Below, piece by piece: positions 38,134 to 46,722 of a stretch of 64,000 nt of DNA. The stretch is from Hyphomonadaceae bacterium UKL13-1 (GTDB lineage: Bacteria; Pseudomonadota; Alphaproteobacteria; Caulobacterales; Aquidulcibacteraceae): NCBI GenBank assembly GCA_001602435.1, contig CP012156.1, positions 2,609,898-2,673,897 of the forward strand, written 5' to 3'. Positions within the stretch are counted from its first letter, which is position 1, and the number at the start of each line of letters is the position of its first letter. Both the position numbers and the translations under genes were made by a program. The notes under the pieces are model-generated. The model was not told where the DNA came from, did not search any database, and saw only the letters and a list, made by a program, of their open reading frames with translations.

Positions 38134-39326
38134 CGGACAACTCCCTGCGGGTTCGCATTTTGCGCAGAAGGCGCAGAAGGTGCAGCGGCTGGGGCAGCCG
38201 CCCCTTTCAATAATTCAGGCGGCAAGACAACCATCGGGCTTGCACCCGCGCGGCCGGGATCAAGCAAAACTTTGTTTGCGCCTTGATAGACCCGTTCCAT
38301 GGTTTCCAGATACAGGCGCTGACGCGTGACTTCAGGTGCCAGTTTGTATTCTTGGTACAATTGGTTGAAGCGTGCTGCATCACCCTGGGCCTGCGGCACC
38401 ACCGCATTGCGGTAAGTACGAGCTTGGTTGATTTTGGTTTCTGCCTCTTGGCTTGCCGCTGCTACTTCACGGAACGCATCATTCACCGCTGCTGGCGGCT
38501 CTGCCTTCGTCAAATTGACCTGCGTGATCCGAATACCGGCCTTATATTCATTCAGCGTGCGCTGGATGAGGTCGCGTGTTTGCGTTTCCACTTGCGCCCG
38601 ACCGGTAGACAGCACTTGCTCTCGTTGGGACTTGCCTGCGACTTCCCGCATGGCCGATTCGGCAACTGCGCGCACAGTCTCTTCGGCATTGCCGCGCCCT
38701 TCAGGGCCGTGGGCAACTTGGAACAAGTAATCGCGGGAGTTTTCAACGCGCCACCAAACTTGGAAGCCAACGTCAACGATGTTTTCGTCTGCAGTCAGCA
38801 TCAGACCATCATTCGAGCCAGCCTCAGAGCCGCCGCCAACCGTCAAAGACCGCGCATTTTGCACATCGACAATTTGGCGGGTCTCAATCGGCGCGGGCAA
38901 ATGGAACTGCAAGCCTTGCTCGACCGTATATACATATTTGCCGAAGCGCTGGATCACGGCCTCTTCACCGGCATCCACGACGTAAACGCCTGTTGCGGCC
39001 CAGCCCAAGACAGCGACCAAGACGATCGCGCCGACTGTGCGCTTGTCAAACTGTATGGGCTCACCGCCGCCACCGCCGCCTTTCAAGCCGCCGCCGCCAT
39101 TGCCGCCGCCGCCCAGAACGCTCTTCAAGCGATCTTCGACGCGCTTGGCCAACTCATCTAGATTGCCACTCTCGCCAGAACTACCCGGACGCCGAGGTGG
39201 CTGGTTTGGACCGCCACCCCATGGATTTTTAGGCCCAGAGCCACCGCCCGGCTGATTACCATTCGAACCACCACTAGGACCCCAAGGGCCACCACCGCCG
39301 CCAGACGAGTTATCATTCCAAGGCAT
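38130..39326 (-). CDS. hflK: Protease modulator HflK (SPFH domain)
   Basis: Gly-rich N-terminus (MPWNDNSSGGGGGPWG...), a TM and an SPFH domain. The longer ORF runs to 39389. Confidence 0.88.
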   Translation of the reverse strand: MPWNDNSSGGGGGPWGPSGGSNGNQPGGGSGPKNPWGGGPNQPPRRPGSSGESGNLDELAKRVEDRLKSVLGGGGNGGGGLKGGGGGGEPIQFDKRTVGAIVLVAVLGWAATGVYVVDAGEEAVIQRFGKYVYTVEQGLQFHLPAPIETRQIVDVQNARSLTVGGGSEAGSNDGLMLTADENIVDVGFQVWWRVENSRDYLFQVAHGPEGRGNAEETVRAVAESAMREVAGKSQREQVLSTGRAQVETQTRDLIQRTLNEYKAGIRITQVNLTKAEPPAAVNDAFREVAAASQEAETKINQARTYRNAVVPQAQGDAARFNQLYQEYKLAPEVTRQRLYLETMERVYQGANKVLLDPGRAGASPMVVLPPELLKGAAAPAAAPSAPSAQNANPQGVVR

Positions 39327-39439
39327 ATAGACGTGTTTCCATTCCAGAGCCGCTAAACCTAGGCAAAGGCACATGCCAAAGACTTGCAAGCGGGCGTTAC
39401 AGTCCCTTATGTGCGTGCTCAGCTAAAGGGATCAAGAAG

Positions 39440-40639
39440 GTGTTTGGAATCAAACGATCACTCAAACGCGAGGATGTGTTAAAAATTCTCGATACCATGC
39501 GCGCGTCGGACGGCTTAAGCCTTGTACATAAAGGACTTATTGAAGATGTCCGCGTCTCGGAAGGGGGCGACGTGCTGGCAACAATTTCAGTGCCAAAAGG
39601 TGAAGAAAGTGCAGCTAGCCAGTGGCAACAGGCCGCGACGGCCGCCATCAAGGGTCTACCCGGCGCTGGAAAGGTCACTGTGGTGATGACTGCCCATGTC
39701 AGTGCTGCACAAAACCCACCAACGACCGACGCGCCGCCAGCTGGCCAACAGCGCGTTCGCAAGGGTGCTAAACTCACCGATGCAGCCCTCGCCCAAGGCG
39801 TCGCCCAAGCGCCGCCCGTGAAAGCTGGCATTCCCGGCATTAAAGCCATATTGGCGGTCGCGTCAGCCAAGGGTGGGGTCGGCAAATCCACCGTGGCGGT
39901 CAATTTAGCGGCAGCCCTGTCCGCTTTGGGTCTGCGCGTTGGCTTGCTCGACGTCGACATCTATGGACCGTCCATTCCCACCATGATGGGAACCGTTTCG
40001 GCTGAGCCAGAGGTGGGCGAGGATAAGAAGCTTCTGCCGGTCATGGCTTACGGTTTAAAGACCATGTCAATCGGCTATCTGGTCGATGGTGACGCCCCCA
40101 TGATCTGGCGCGGGCCTATCGTGACCAGCGCCATCAAACAATTATTGGAAGACGTGACGTGGGGTACGGCGGAGGAACCGTTGGACGTATTGGTGATGGA
40201 TACGCCACCGGGCACGGGCGATGCCCAATTAGCTTTGGCACAACGCGTGCCCTTGAATGCGGCCGTCATCGTCTCAACGCCCCAAGAAGTCGCCTTGGCC
40301 GATGTACGACGCGGCGCGGGCATGTTTGCGAAGACCCATGTCCCGGTTTTGGGCGTCATTGAGAATATGGCGTGGCTAACCCAGCAAGACGGCAGCCGCA
40401 TCTATGTGTTCGGCGAAGGCGGTGCCAAGCGCACGGCGGAGGCTTTGGGCTTGCCATTTCTGGGCGAGATCCCCTTAGAAGTGGGGATACGGGAAAGCGG
40501 CGATGGCGGGGTGCCCTATGTCGTCGCCGCCCCTGGCAGCGATACGGCCAATGCCTTCCTATCAATTGCCGCCCATATTTATGATGGCTTGCTGCATCAA
40601 GAGATTAAGCCACCACCTGTCATTAGCTTTGTGGCCTAG
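39440..40639 (+). CDS. apbC: Mrp/ApbC/NBP35-family Fe-S cluster carrier ATPase
   Basis: N-terminal MIP18-like domain and deviant Walker A SAKGGVGKST. GTG start. Confidence 0.88.
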   Translation: MFGIKRSLKREDVLKILDTMRASDGLSLVHKGLIEDVRVSEGGDVLATISVPKGEESAASQWQQAATAAIKGLPGAGKVTVVMTAHVSAAQNPPTTDAPPAGQQRVRKGAKLTDAALAQGVAQAPPVKAGIPGIKAILAVASAKGGVGKSTVAVNLAAALSALGLRVGLLDVDIYGPSIPTMMGTVSAEPEVGEDKKLLPVMAYGLKTMSIGYLVDGDAPMIWRGPIVTSAIKQLLEDVTWGTAEEPLDVLVMDTPPGTGDAQLALAQRVPLNAAVIVSTPQEVALADVRRGAGMFAKTHVPVLGVIENMAWLTQQDGSRIYVFGEGGAKRTAEALGLPFLGEIPLEVGIRESGDGGVPYVVAAPGSDTANAFLSIAAHIYDGLLHQEIKPPPVISFVA

Positions 40640-41526
40640 GGCTCGACGATTTCTTCTTTGAAGCAGGTGACGATCCAATCGCGGACGAGTTGCAAGCGCG
40701 GATTGGTCTTGGTGTCGCGATGAAACACCAGCCACGGCTGGCGCTCCGGCATAGCCCGATGCTGGACCTCCATCAGACCGGCTTTGCGGGCGGCAAAAGC
40801 TGGCAAGGGCGCAATGCCGACGCCCGCAACCGCCGCATTGAGAAGCGCGCGCACGCTGGACGAGGAAAAGCGGATGCTTGCCTCCAAGCCCTGCGCCTTC
40901 AGCCAAATGTTTTCAGCAATCTCGCCATATTGACGGTCCAGCCAAACGAGATGCTCATCCGACAAGACCAAGCGCTCTAAGTCCTTTCCTTTCAGATAGT
41001 CGGGCGACGCAAACAGACCCAACCGGATCACGGGCAAGCGGCGCGCGATGAGTGTTTCTTCCGCCGGTCGTACCATCCGGATCGCCACATCCGTGCGCCC
41101 TGCATTCAGATTGGCAATGTCGTTTGAGACCTCCAAATCAATGCTGATCGACGGGTCTTGCGCGCGAAGACGGTCCAATCGCGGGGCCAAGACATCCGCA
41201 ATAACGGACTCGGTCGCTGAGATGCGGACAGCCGGCAGATTGGGTCCCTCCTGCAAAGCGCGCGCACGACGGGCAATTTGGCTAAGCTGGCGGGCCCCCG
41301 GTTCGGCCACTTGCAAGATCGCGTGCCCGGCCTCTGTCAAACGTGCGCCGCGCGGACCACGTTGCAGCAGTTTCAAGGCCAGCTGCGTCTCCAGCCCGTC
41401 GATCCGGCGGCTGATCGTTGGGATCGACATGCCCAATTCGTCAGCGGCTTCCGACAGAGAGCCGCGCCTCGCCACCGCTACAAAACAACGGATCGCCTCC
41501 CAATCAATTGCTTGCTCATTTATCAT
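40636..41526 (-). CDS. LysR-family transcriptional regulator
   Basis: N-terminal HTH (WEAIRCFVAVARRGSLSEAADELGMSIPTISRRI) plus a LysR substrate-binding domain. Confidence 0.88.
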   Translation of the reverse strand: MINEQAIDWEAIRCFVAVARRGSLSEAADELGMSIPTISRRIDGLETQLALKLLQRGPRGARLTEAGHAILQVAEPGARQLSQIARRARALQEGPNLPAVRISATESVIADVLAPRLDRLRAQDPSISIDLEVSNDIANLNAGRTDVAIRMVRPAEETLIARRLPVIRLGLFASPDYLKGKDLERLVLSDEHLVWLDRQYGEIAENIWLKAQGLEASIRFSSSSVRALLNAAVAGVGIAPLPAFAARKAGLMEVQHRAMPERQPWLVFHRDTKTNPRLQLVRDWIVTCFKEEIVEP

Positions 41527-41629
41527 TTTTGAAAATCCATTTTCCATTTTTAGGCCTAGCTAGACCGATCGGTCAAGCCCTATTTGGGGTCAACGGGCGG
41601 TCTGTTCCCCCGGGAAGAGGAAACTGAAG

Positions 41630-42343
41630 ATGAAACTATTTCTCTCATTACTCGCACTGGGTGCGTTGATCGGACTGGGGGCTTGGTTTGGACTGGTCCC
41701 ACAACGCGCTGCCGCCAAAGCCGCCCAAAACAAAGTTGCCGTCTATGTGTCTATCGCGCGCCCGGCCGGGGTGAGTGATGAAGCCCTAAATGCTGAATTC
41801 ACCCGAGCCATCCCCATTTACGCTAAAGTCCCAGGCCTTGAGCGTAAGTATTTCACCTATAGCCAAACCGGTTTTGGCGGTCTTTATCTCTTCGATAGTG
41901 AGGCCTCGGCCAAAGCCCATTTCGATGCTGCTTGGCTGCAACGGGTTGAAAAGACCTATGGCGTCAAGGCGAGCCCCGTCTATTTCTCCGTCCCCGAAGT
42001 CACCGCTGGTGCGGCGCAAGTCGCACCATCAGCCGCCAATGTCGCGACGATTGTTGAGATCAAGACCCCTTGGTATGGCACAGACGGGCTGGTGAAGAAG
42101 GGGCTGAGAGACGCTATCCCAACCTATGCCGCCACACCGCACCTGATCTACAAATACTTCACCCAAGGTGCCGACCGCAGCTTTGGCGGCATTTATCTCT
42201 GGGAAGATCAAGCCAGTGCCGAGGCCCATTTCGGCCCTGAGTGGCACGCCCGTGTGACCAAGAAATATGGCCATGATGGGCTCGTCACCTTCCTCAAAGC
42301 GCCTGTCAGCATGATCCAGCCCGCCAAATCGGAGACGCCATAA
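41630..42343 (+). CDS. Secreted protein with two tandem YdhR-like (dimeric alpha-beta barrel) domains
   Basis: Signal peptide, then two ~100-aa internal repeats (…KYFTYSQTGFGGLYLFDSEASAKAHF… / …KYFTQGADRSFGGIYLWEDQASAEAHF…). Confidence 0.6.
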   Translation: MKLFLSLLALGALIGLGAWFGLVPQRAAAKAAQNKVAVYVSIARPAGVSDEALNAEFTRAIPIYAKVPGLERKYFTYSQTGFGGLYLFDSEASAKAHFDAAWLQRVEKTYGVKASPVYFSVPEVTAGAAQVAPSAANVATIVEIKTPWYGTDGLVKKGLRDAIPTYAATPHLIYKYFTQGADRSFGGIYLWEDQASAEAHFGPEWHARVTKKYGHDGLVTFLKAPVSMIQPAKSETP

Positions 42344-42344
42344 C

Positions 42345-43250
42345 ATGAAGGTGATACGCGAACTTGGAACCAAGCTCGATACCTGGGGTGGCCGTCGCAA
42401 GATGGCCACCTTTAGAGCTGGATGGGCGGCCCATACCTCGCCCGAGATTGGCTTTTACTCCACGCCACTAACCCAGTATCGATACCGGGTGCGGGGTAGC
42501 GGTCCGACTTTGGTCTTCTCCGCTGACCCGCCGATGACCTTGGAAAACTACGATGCGCTGTTGGACGCCTTTAGCCCGCATTTCCGCGTCATCATCTTCG
42601 AACTGCCCGCCATGGGGTTCAGCGCGGTTGATCCAAGCTATCGGTTTGACTTTTACCAGACCAATGACGACGTTGCCCGCTTTTTGAAAGATATCGCAGG
42701 CGACGGCGCTATCCTCGCCTTTTCCTGTGTGGCCAGCCTATGTGCGATTGATCTGGCTTGCCGCCGGCCTGAACTGGTTTCGCGCCTCGCGCTGTTACAA
42801 GCTGGCGATGTTGCGGCTTTTTCCGCGTGGAAGGCTGGTCGTGACCCAAAGGGCATTTTGGCCCGCCCTTTCCTCGGCCAATGGGTGATGAAGCAGCTGG
42901 CACCCAAACGTATGCCAGACTGGTATCGCCTGTCCGTTGGTCGCAAAGAGATGCTGGACGAGCTAGTCGCTTGTGCCTGCCGGTCGTTTGAGCATGGGGC
43001 GATGTGGTCGCTGGCAAGTGCCTATCAGCTCTATATGGACCCATCGATCCGCCTCGACAAACCTAAGCAGCCCTTATTGGCTTTTTGGGGTGAGGCCGAC
43101 AAAAGCCACCCCAAAGGCAATGCCGACAGCCCAAAGCGCTTGGCCGATCAGGTCGATTATATCAGCTATCCAGACCTCGGACACACACCAGAGCTGGAAG
43201 ATCCTGCCCGGGTTTGTCGCGATCTCTTGGCGTGGCTGAAACAGGATTAG
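42345..43250 (+). CDS. Alpha/beta-fold hydrolase
   Basis: Typical alpha/beta hydrolase layout, with the C-terminal His in YPDLGHTPELEDP. Alternative start at 42402. Confidence 0.65.
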   Translation: MKVIRELGTKLDTWGGRRKMATFRAGWAAHTSPEIGFYSTPLTQYRYRVRGSGPTLVFSADPPMTLENYDALLDAFSPHFRVIIFELPAMGFSAVDPSYRFDFYQTNDDVARFLKDIAGDGAILAFSCVASLCAIDLACRRPELVSRLALLQAGDVAAFSAWKAGRDPKGILARPFLGQWVMKQLAPKRMPDWYRLSVGRKEMLDELVACACRSFEHGAMWSLASAYQLYMDPSIRLDKPKQPLLAFWGEADKSHPKGNADSPKRLADQVDYISYPDLGHTPELEDPARVCRDLLAWLKQD

Positions 43251-43295
43251 CTGCTGGATTGGACGTCGCCCTTCCCATCCCGTCAAAGAGGGCCT

Positions 43296-43630
43296 ATATT
43301 GGAAAGGTCCGGTTCGCCGGACTATGGTGATAAACGTGCGTGAAATAAGCAGGCCGGACCGGGGTGCGATTCCCCGCGGCTCCACCAAGCTCTCTGCGTG
43401 TATCGACGCGAGTGTGGGGCCGATCAGGATCGACGGATGTGTAAAGACGTTACTTTTACCCGCGTGGGCTTCGTCAACCGCCCATTTTCACAAATGCAAA
43501 CGATAACTTTGCACAGGAAGTCCGTTTGGCTGCGTAATGCGGTCTGATTGACATCCGACTAAGTCCCAAGGCTTCGGCCGAAGGCGGGGCTCGGAGGGGG
43601 GCCCGGCAACAGCAACCCCCTCCACTTTCC
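43296..43630 (+). ncRNA. ssrA: Two-piece (circularly permuted) tmRNA gene
   Basis: The acceptor piece ends ...CGGGG-TGCGATT-CCCCG-CGGCTCC-ACCA at 43387. After a 28-nt spacer the coding piece starts GGGGCCG at 43416. That pairs with CGGCTCC and gives a G3:U70 pair. Tag ORF is at 43496-43537. The outer boundaries are approximate. Confidence 0.85.
43496..43537 (+). other. tmRNA tag reading frame encoding ANDNFAQEVRLAA-stop
   Basis: GCA AAC GAT AAC TTT GCA CAG GAA GTC CGT TTG GCT GCG TAA. The ANDNFA...LAA pattern is typical of alphaproteobacterial tags. Confidence 0.85.
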
Positions 43631-43656
43631 CCCTTCACTTTCCCCCGCCACTTTCC
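43622..43656. repeat. Three tandem ~12-nt units (CACTTTCCCCC) just 3' of ssrA
   Basis: CCACTTTCCCCC-TTCACTTTCCCCC-GCCACTTTCC, read directly. Confidence 0.7.
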
Positions 43657-43688
43657 AAGAAAAACTTAATCCACTGACGCAATGCGGA

Positions 43689-44360
43689 TCATGCCGCTTG
43701 CTTGGACCGCTCATTTTGACAGGCAACGAGGGCTTCAAGCAGGATACTTCGATGGGCATCGGCTGCATTGATTTTGGGTTTCCAAATGCGCTCTAAGTCT
43801 TGCAGCAATGCCCCACTAATCGGGTCTTGCGCGTGCAGGCGCATGTGCGTCTCATCGAATAGGACCCCTGCAATGGCACGTTGTTTCTCAAGATGGGCGC
43901 GTTGCAAAGCGAATTGGCTCTGATAGGCCTTGATAAACGCTTCCAGTCGCGGGTCATTCACGATGGGCTCAAATTGCTGGATTTGGGCTGGCGGCCAAGA
44001 TAGGTCATAGTCTTGGCGTGGATCTTCCAAAAAGGCGGTGGTTCCCTCGGCCCAACCCGTTTGGCTATGCGGGGTGATATCCACCCATGTGCCATCAGGC
44101 CGCTCCCACACCGCATGGTGCCAAGCTAACAATGTTAAAGCTTCAATCTCGACCACCAACCAACCGAATCGAATTCGCCCGCCAGATTGCGCCACGCAGT
44201 CGCGTACGTTCCAATAACAGCGGCTTGGTCTTGCCCAAACGACGGGATGCCGCGGTACAAAATGCAAGCCGACCGCTGAAACGGTTGCGCTTAACGCGAC
44301 TAGGCCCGGTGCCCCGGGACCTGCATCTCTCTGGATCAGCATAGAGTTTGCAATCTCCAT
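43689..44360 (-). CDS. Hypothetical protein (223 aa), orphan
   Basis: Long ORF with ordinary-looking amino-acid composition (…WHHAVWERPDGTWVDITPH…). I recognise no motif. Confidence 0.5.
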   Translation of the reverse strand: MEIANSMLIQRDAGPGAPGLVALSATVSAVGLHFVPRHPVVWARPSRCYWNVRDCVAQSGGRIRFGWLVVEIEALTLLAWHHAVWERPDGTWVDITPHSQTGWAEGTTAFLEDPRQDYDLSWPPAQIQQFEPIVNDPRLEAFIKAYQSQFALQRAHLEKQRAIAGVLFDETHMRLHAQDPISGALLQDLERIWKPKINAADAHRSILLEALVACQNERSKQAA

Positions 44361-44721
44361 AATCGCCTAAATCAGAATCAATCACGTACACGGAGTAATT
44401 CAGAATCAATCTAAATTGTAACCAAAGGGTAAATACAAAGATACTGTCCCTATAGAAGTATAAAAATCAAATGATAAATATATGTAGCCCGCTGTATCGA
44501 TTATAAATTTTGAGAAGCGATGTTTTTTGCTTTCAGCCTCCCATGAAAATTCTGTTGGAACGATCGTCGCACGGCTTCGTTCAACACGTGGATTATCACT
44601 CGCCCATTGGGTGCTAAGGTTCGCTTGGACACCGAAGTCGATTGCGCACGGGCGAAAGCAGGATTAAGAAGATCTCCATAATCATAACGCCAGAAATGGC
44701 CAAAAGCAGGAGACGGGCCCG

Positions 44722-45198
44722 ATGTCGGAAGACCTCATCGGCTATGCAAAGCTAACCCAAGATGCCCTGCGTGGCGTCGTGCGCGATGCAATCAAAGTTG
44801 CGTTGACGGGCCTGCCTGCCGACCATCATTTCTACATCAGCTTCCGCACCCGTGCGCGCGGCGTGCAAGTCGCCCAATATCTGGCTGCGAAATATCCTGA
44901 TGAGATGACCATCGTGATCCAGCACCAATATGAAGGGCTGGAAGTGCGCGACGACTGGTTTGCCATTACCTTGCACTTTGGCGGCGTGCCACAGCGGATT
45001 GTGATCCCCTTTGCGGCGATCACCCGTTTCTATGACCCCTCCGTGCGCTTTGCTTTGCCATTTGACGTGGTCGACGATCTCTCGCCAGATGCGGACTTGG
45101 ACGATGACGTGCTGGAATCCGAAGTTGAGGATACGGTTGTTAAAACGCCAAGCACAGGCGCTGTTGTCAGCCTCGACGCGTTCCGGCGTAAGAAGTGA
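44722..45198 (+). CDS. sspB: Alpha-type SspB, ClpXP adaptor for ssrA-tagged proteins
   Basis: Pattern HHFYISFRT … YPDEMTIVIQHQYEGLEV … IVIPFAAITRFYDPSVRFALPF matches my recollection of Caulobacter-type SspB. An acidic linker and a basic C-terminal peptide (LDAFRRKK) are consistent with a ClpX-binding tail. Confidence 0.75.
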   Translation: MSEDLIGYAKLTQDALRGVVRDAIKVALTGLPADHHFYISFRTRARGVQVAQYLAAKYPDEMTIVIQHQYEGLEVRDDWFAITLHFGGVPQRIVIPFAAITRFYDPSVRFALPFDVVDDLSPDADLDDDVLESEVEDTVVKTPSTGAVVSLDAFRRKK

Positions 45199-45665
45199 GC
45201 GCAGAGACCGGCCCGGCCCGCACCGACGCGGAAGTTCTGGCAAAATTTACCCAAGCCAAATCTCGACCAGCCTGTTCCGACACGCTGGGACTTGAAGTCC
45301 TGTCGATCGATCAAGCGGGCGGACGCGTGCGGATTAAGATGGTCGGCCAAGCGGCATGGTGTAATCCGCGCGGTGCCTTGCAAGGTGGCTTTGTCACGGC
45401 GATGCTGGATGAAGCCATGGCGATTGCGGGCATTGTTGCCGGGCAAATGGCCTATGCCGTCCCGACCCTAGAGCTTAAAACCACCTTCCTGCGCCCCTGC
45501 CCGGCAGGTCCAGTCGAAGCTGAAGGCCGCGTTGTTAAATGGGGCAATAAGGCCGCGTTTTTAGAGGCCGACTTGTTTGATGCCGACGGCAAGCTCGTCG
45601 CCCGCGCCACTTCTACCGTGCTGCCCACACCTTTGCCTGCACGACATCCGCGCGCGGACGGCTGA
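45195..45665 (+). CDS. PaaI-family hotdog-fold thioesterase
   Basis: LQGGFVTAMLDEAMA motif. GTG start overlaps the sspB stop (GTGA). Confidence 0.7.
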   Translation: MSAETGPARTDAEVLAKFTQAKSRPACSDTLGLEVLSIDQAGGRVRIKMVGQAAWCNPRGALQGGFVTAMLDEAMAIAGIVAGQMAYAVPTLELKTTFLRPCPAGPVEAEGRVVKWGNKAAFLEADLFDADGKLVARATSTVLPTPLPARHPRADG

Positions 45666-45669
45666 CGGC

Positions 45670-45687
45670 GCATTCCGGCAGGAATGC
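45670..45687. repeat. GCATTCC-GGCA-GGAATGC hairpin directly after the thioesterase stop
   Basis: Third member of the hairpin family seen at 1578-1601 and 2207-2229. Confidence 0.6.
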
Positions 45688-45805
45688 AACAAGGTCAAGG
45701 CAAACTCGAAAGCTTTTTGACTTAGAACGGCTCTAAGCCTCGCCTTGCTCGCATCAGAGCCGCCCAACAATTCTTCTTGCGCAAGCTGGGGGGTCAACCC
45801 CGCAG

Positions 45806-45858
45806 CTCCCCTCTCCCTTTGGGGTCGACCTATAGGTCGACGGGTCGGGGGTGAGGGC
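45806..45858. repeat. REP-like element (CTCCCCTCTCCCT…GGGGGTGAGGGC) with inner perfect palindrome GTCGACCTATAGGTCGAC
   Basis: Shares its terminal motifs with 1289-1327. Confidence 0.7.
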
Positions 45859-45930
45859 CTAGAGAACCCAGAGTTTGCGTCAGGATTTCAGACGCCTCCA
45901 TTGCAAGGATTGAAGCGCTCTTGCGCGGCG

Positions 45931-45973
45931 GCCCCTCACCCCCGCCCCTCTCCCCCTTAGGGGGCGAGGGGAG
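45931..45973. repeat. Inverted REP-like element (GCCCCTCACCCCC + GCCCCTCTCCCCC-TTAG-GGGGCGAGGGGAG)
   Basis: Carries the reverse complement of GGGGGTGAGGGC and forms an inverted pair with 45806-45858. Confidence 0.7.
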
Positions 45974-46016
45974 CACGAAAGCGGCCTTTGCCAAGGCAGA
46001 GCCTACCGCGCGTGGC

Positions 46017-46721
46017 CTACAACCGATCCAAGCTCAGCCTATTAAAAAGCTGCGCGGCAGTCGCCTGCGTCGCCTCGTTCCAATCGGCAAGCTTGGACTT
46101 CATCAGGCAAGATTCGCTTTTCAAAATCACCCCATCATCCAAAATCTTCAATGCGTTGGCCGTCAGAGTTGCGCCCGAGGTGGTGATGTCGACAATGGCT
46201 TCGGCAATACCCGCCGCGGGTGCGCCTTCGGTCGCGCCAGCGCTGTCGACGATGCGGTGATCGGCAACATGATGGTCACGCATGAATTGTGCCGTGAGGC
46301 GGGTAAACTTCGTCGCGATGCGGAACCGTCGTCCGGTCTGACGGCGCATGTCGGTGGCCACTTCGGCGAGGTCTGCCATGGTCTCCACATCGATCCAGCC
46401 ATTGGGCACCGCCACCACCACATCTGCCCGGCCAAAGCCTAAGCGCGCTTCGATGGTCAGGCGCGCATCCACATCGCCAGCAGCTTCGCGCACAATGTCT
46501 TCGCCCGTAATGCCAAGATGAATATCCCCCGCCAACAAGGCTTTGCCGATTTCACTGGCGGAGGCTAAGCGGATCTGCACATCGTCAAACCCGTCCAACG
46601 TCGCACTATAGCCGCGCTCACCCCCAGTTTGGCGCACGACGAGGCCCTTCTTGGCCAGCCACGCTTCACACTGTTCCTTCAAACGCCCTTTTGAGGGCAG
46701 CGCCAAGATCAAGCTTGCCAT
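46017..46721 (-). CDS. hisG: ATP phosphoribosyltransferase, short form
   Basis: MASLILALPSKGRLKEQ… and a ~234-aa short HisG that needs HisZ. Start is 1 nt from the hisZ stop. Confidence 0.9.
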   Translation of the reverse strand: MASLILALPSKGRLKEQCEAWLAKKGLVVRQTGGERGYSATLDGFDDVQIRLASASEIGKALLAGDIHLGITGEDIVREAAGDVDARLTIEARLGFGRADVVVAVPNGWIDVETMADLAEVATDMRRQTGRRFRIATKFTRLTAQFMRDHHVADHRIVDSAGATEGAPAAGIAEAIVDITTSGATLTANALKILDDGVILKSESCLMKSKLADWNEATQATAAQLFNRLSLDRL

Positions 46722-46722
46722 C

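Noticed and set aside
44354-44682. 12-nt direct repeat ATCTCCATAATC at 44354-44365 and 44671-44682, bracketing the AT-rich spacer; the first copy includes the orphan gene start codon
   Set aside because: About one 12-mer match within a few hundred nt is expected by chance somewhere in a 64-kb window. No terminal inverted repeats or other element features support an insertion.
45921-46442. 173-aa plus-strand ORF beginning in the REP-like elements and running antisense into hisG
   Set aside because: Its N-terminus is translated repeat DNA (…PLSPLGGEGS…) and the remainder is antisense to hisG.
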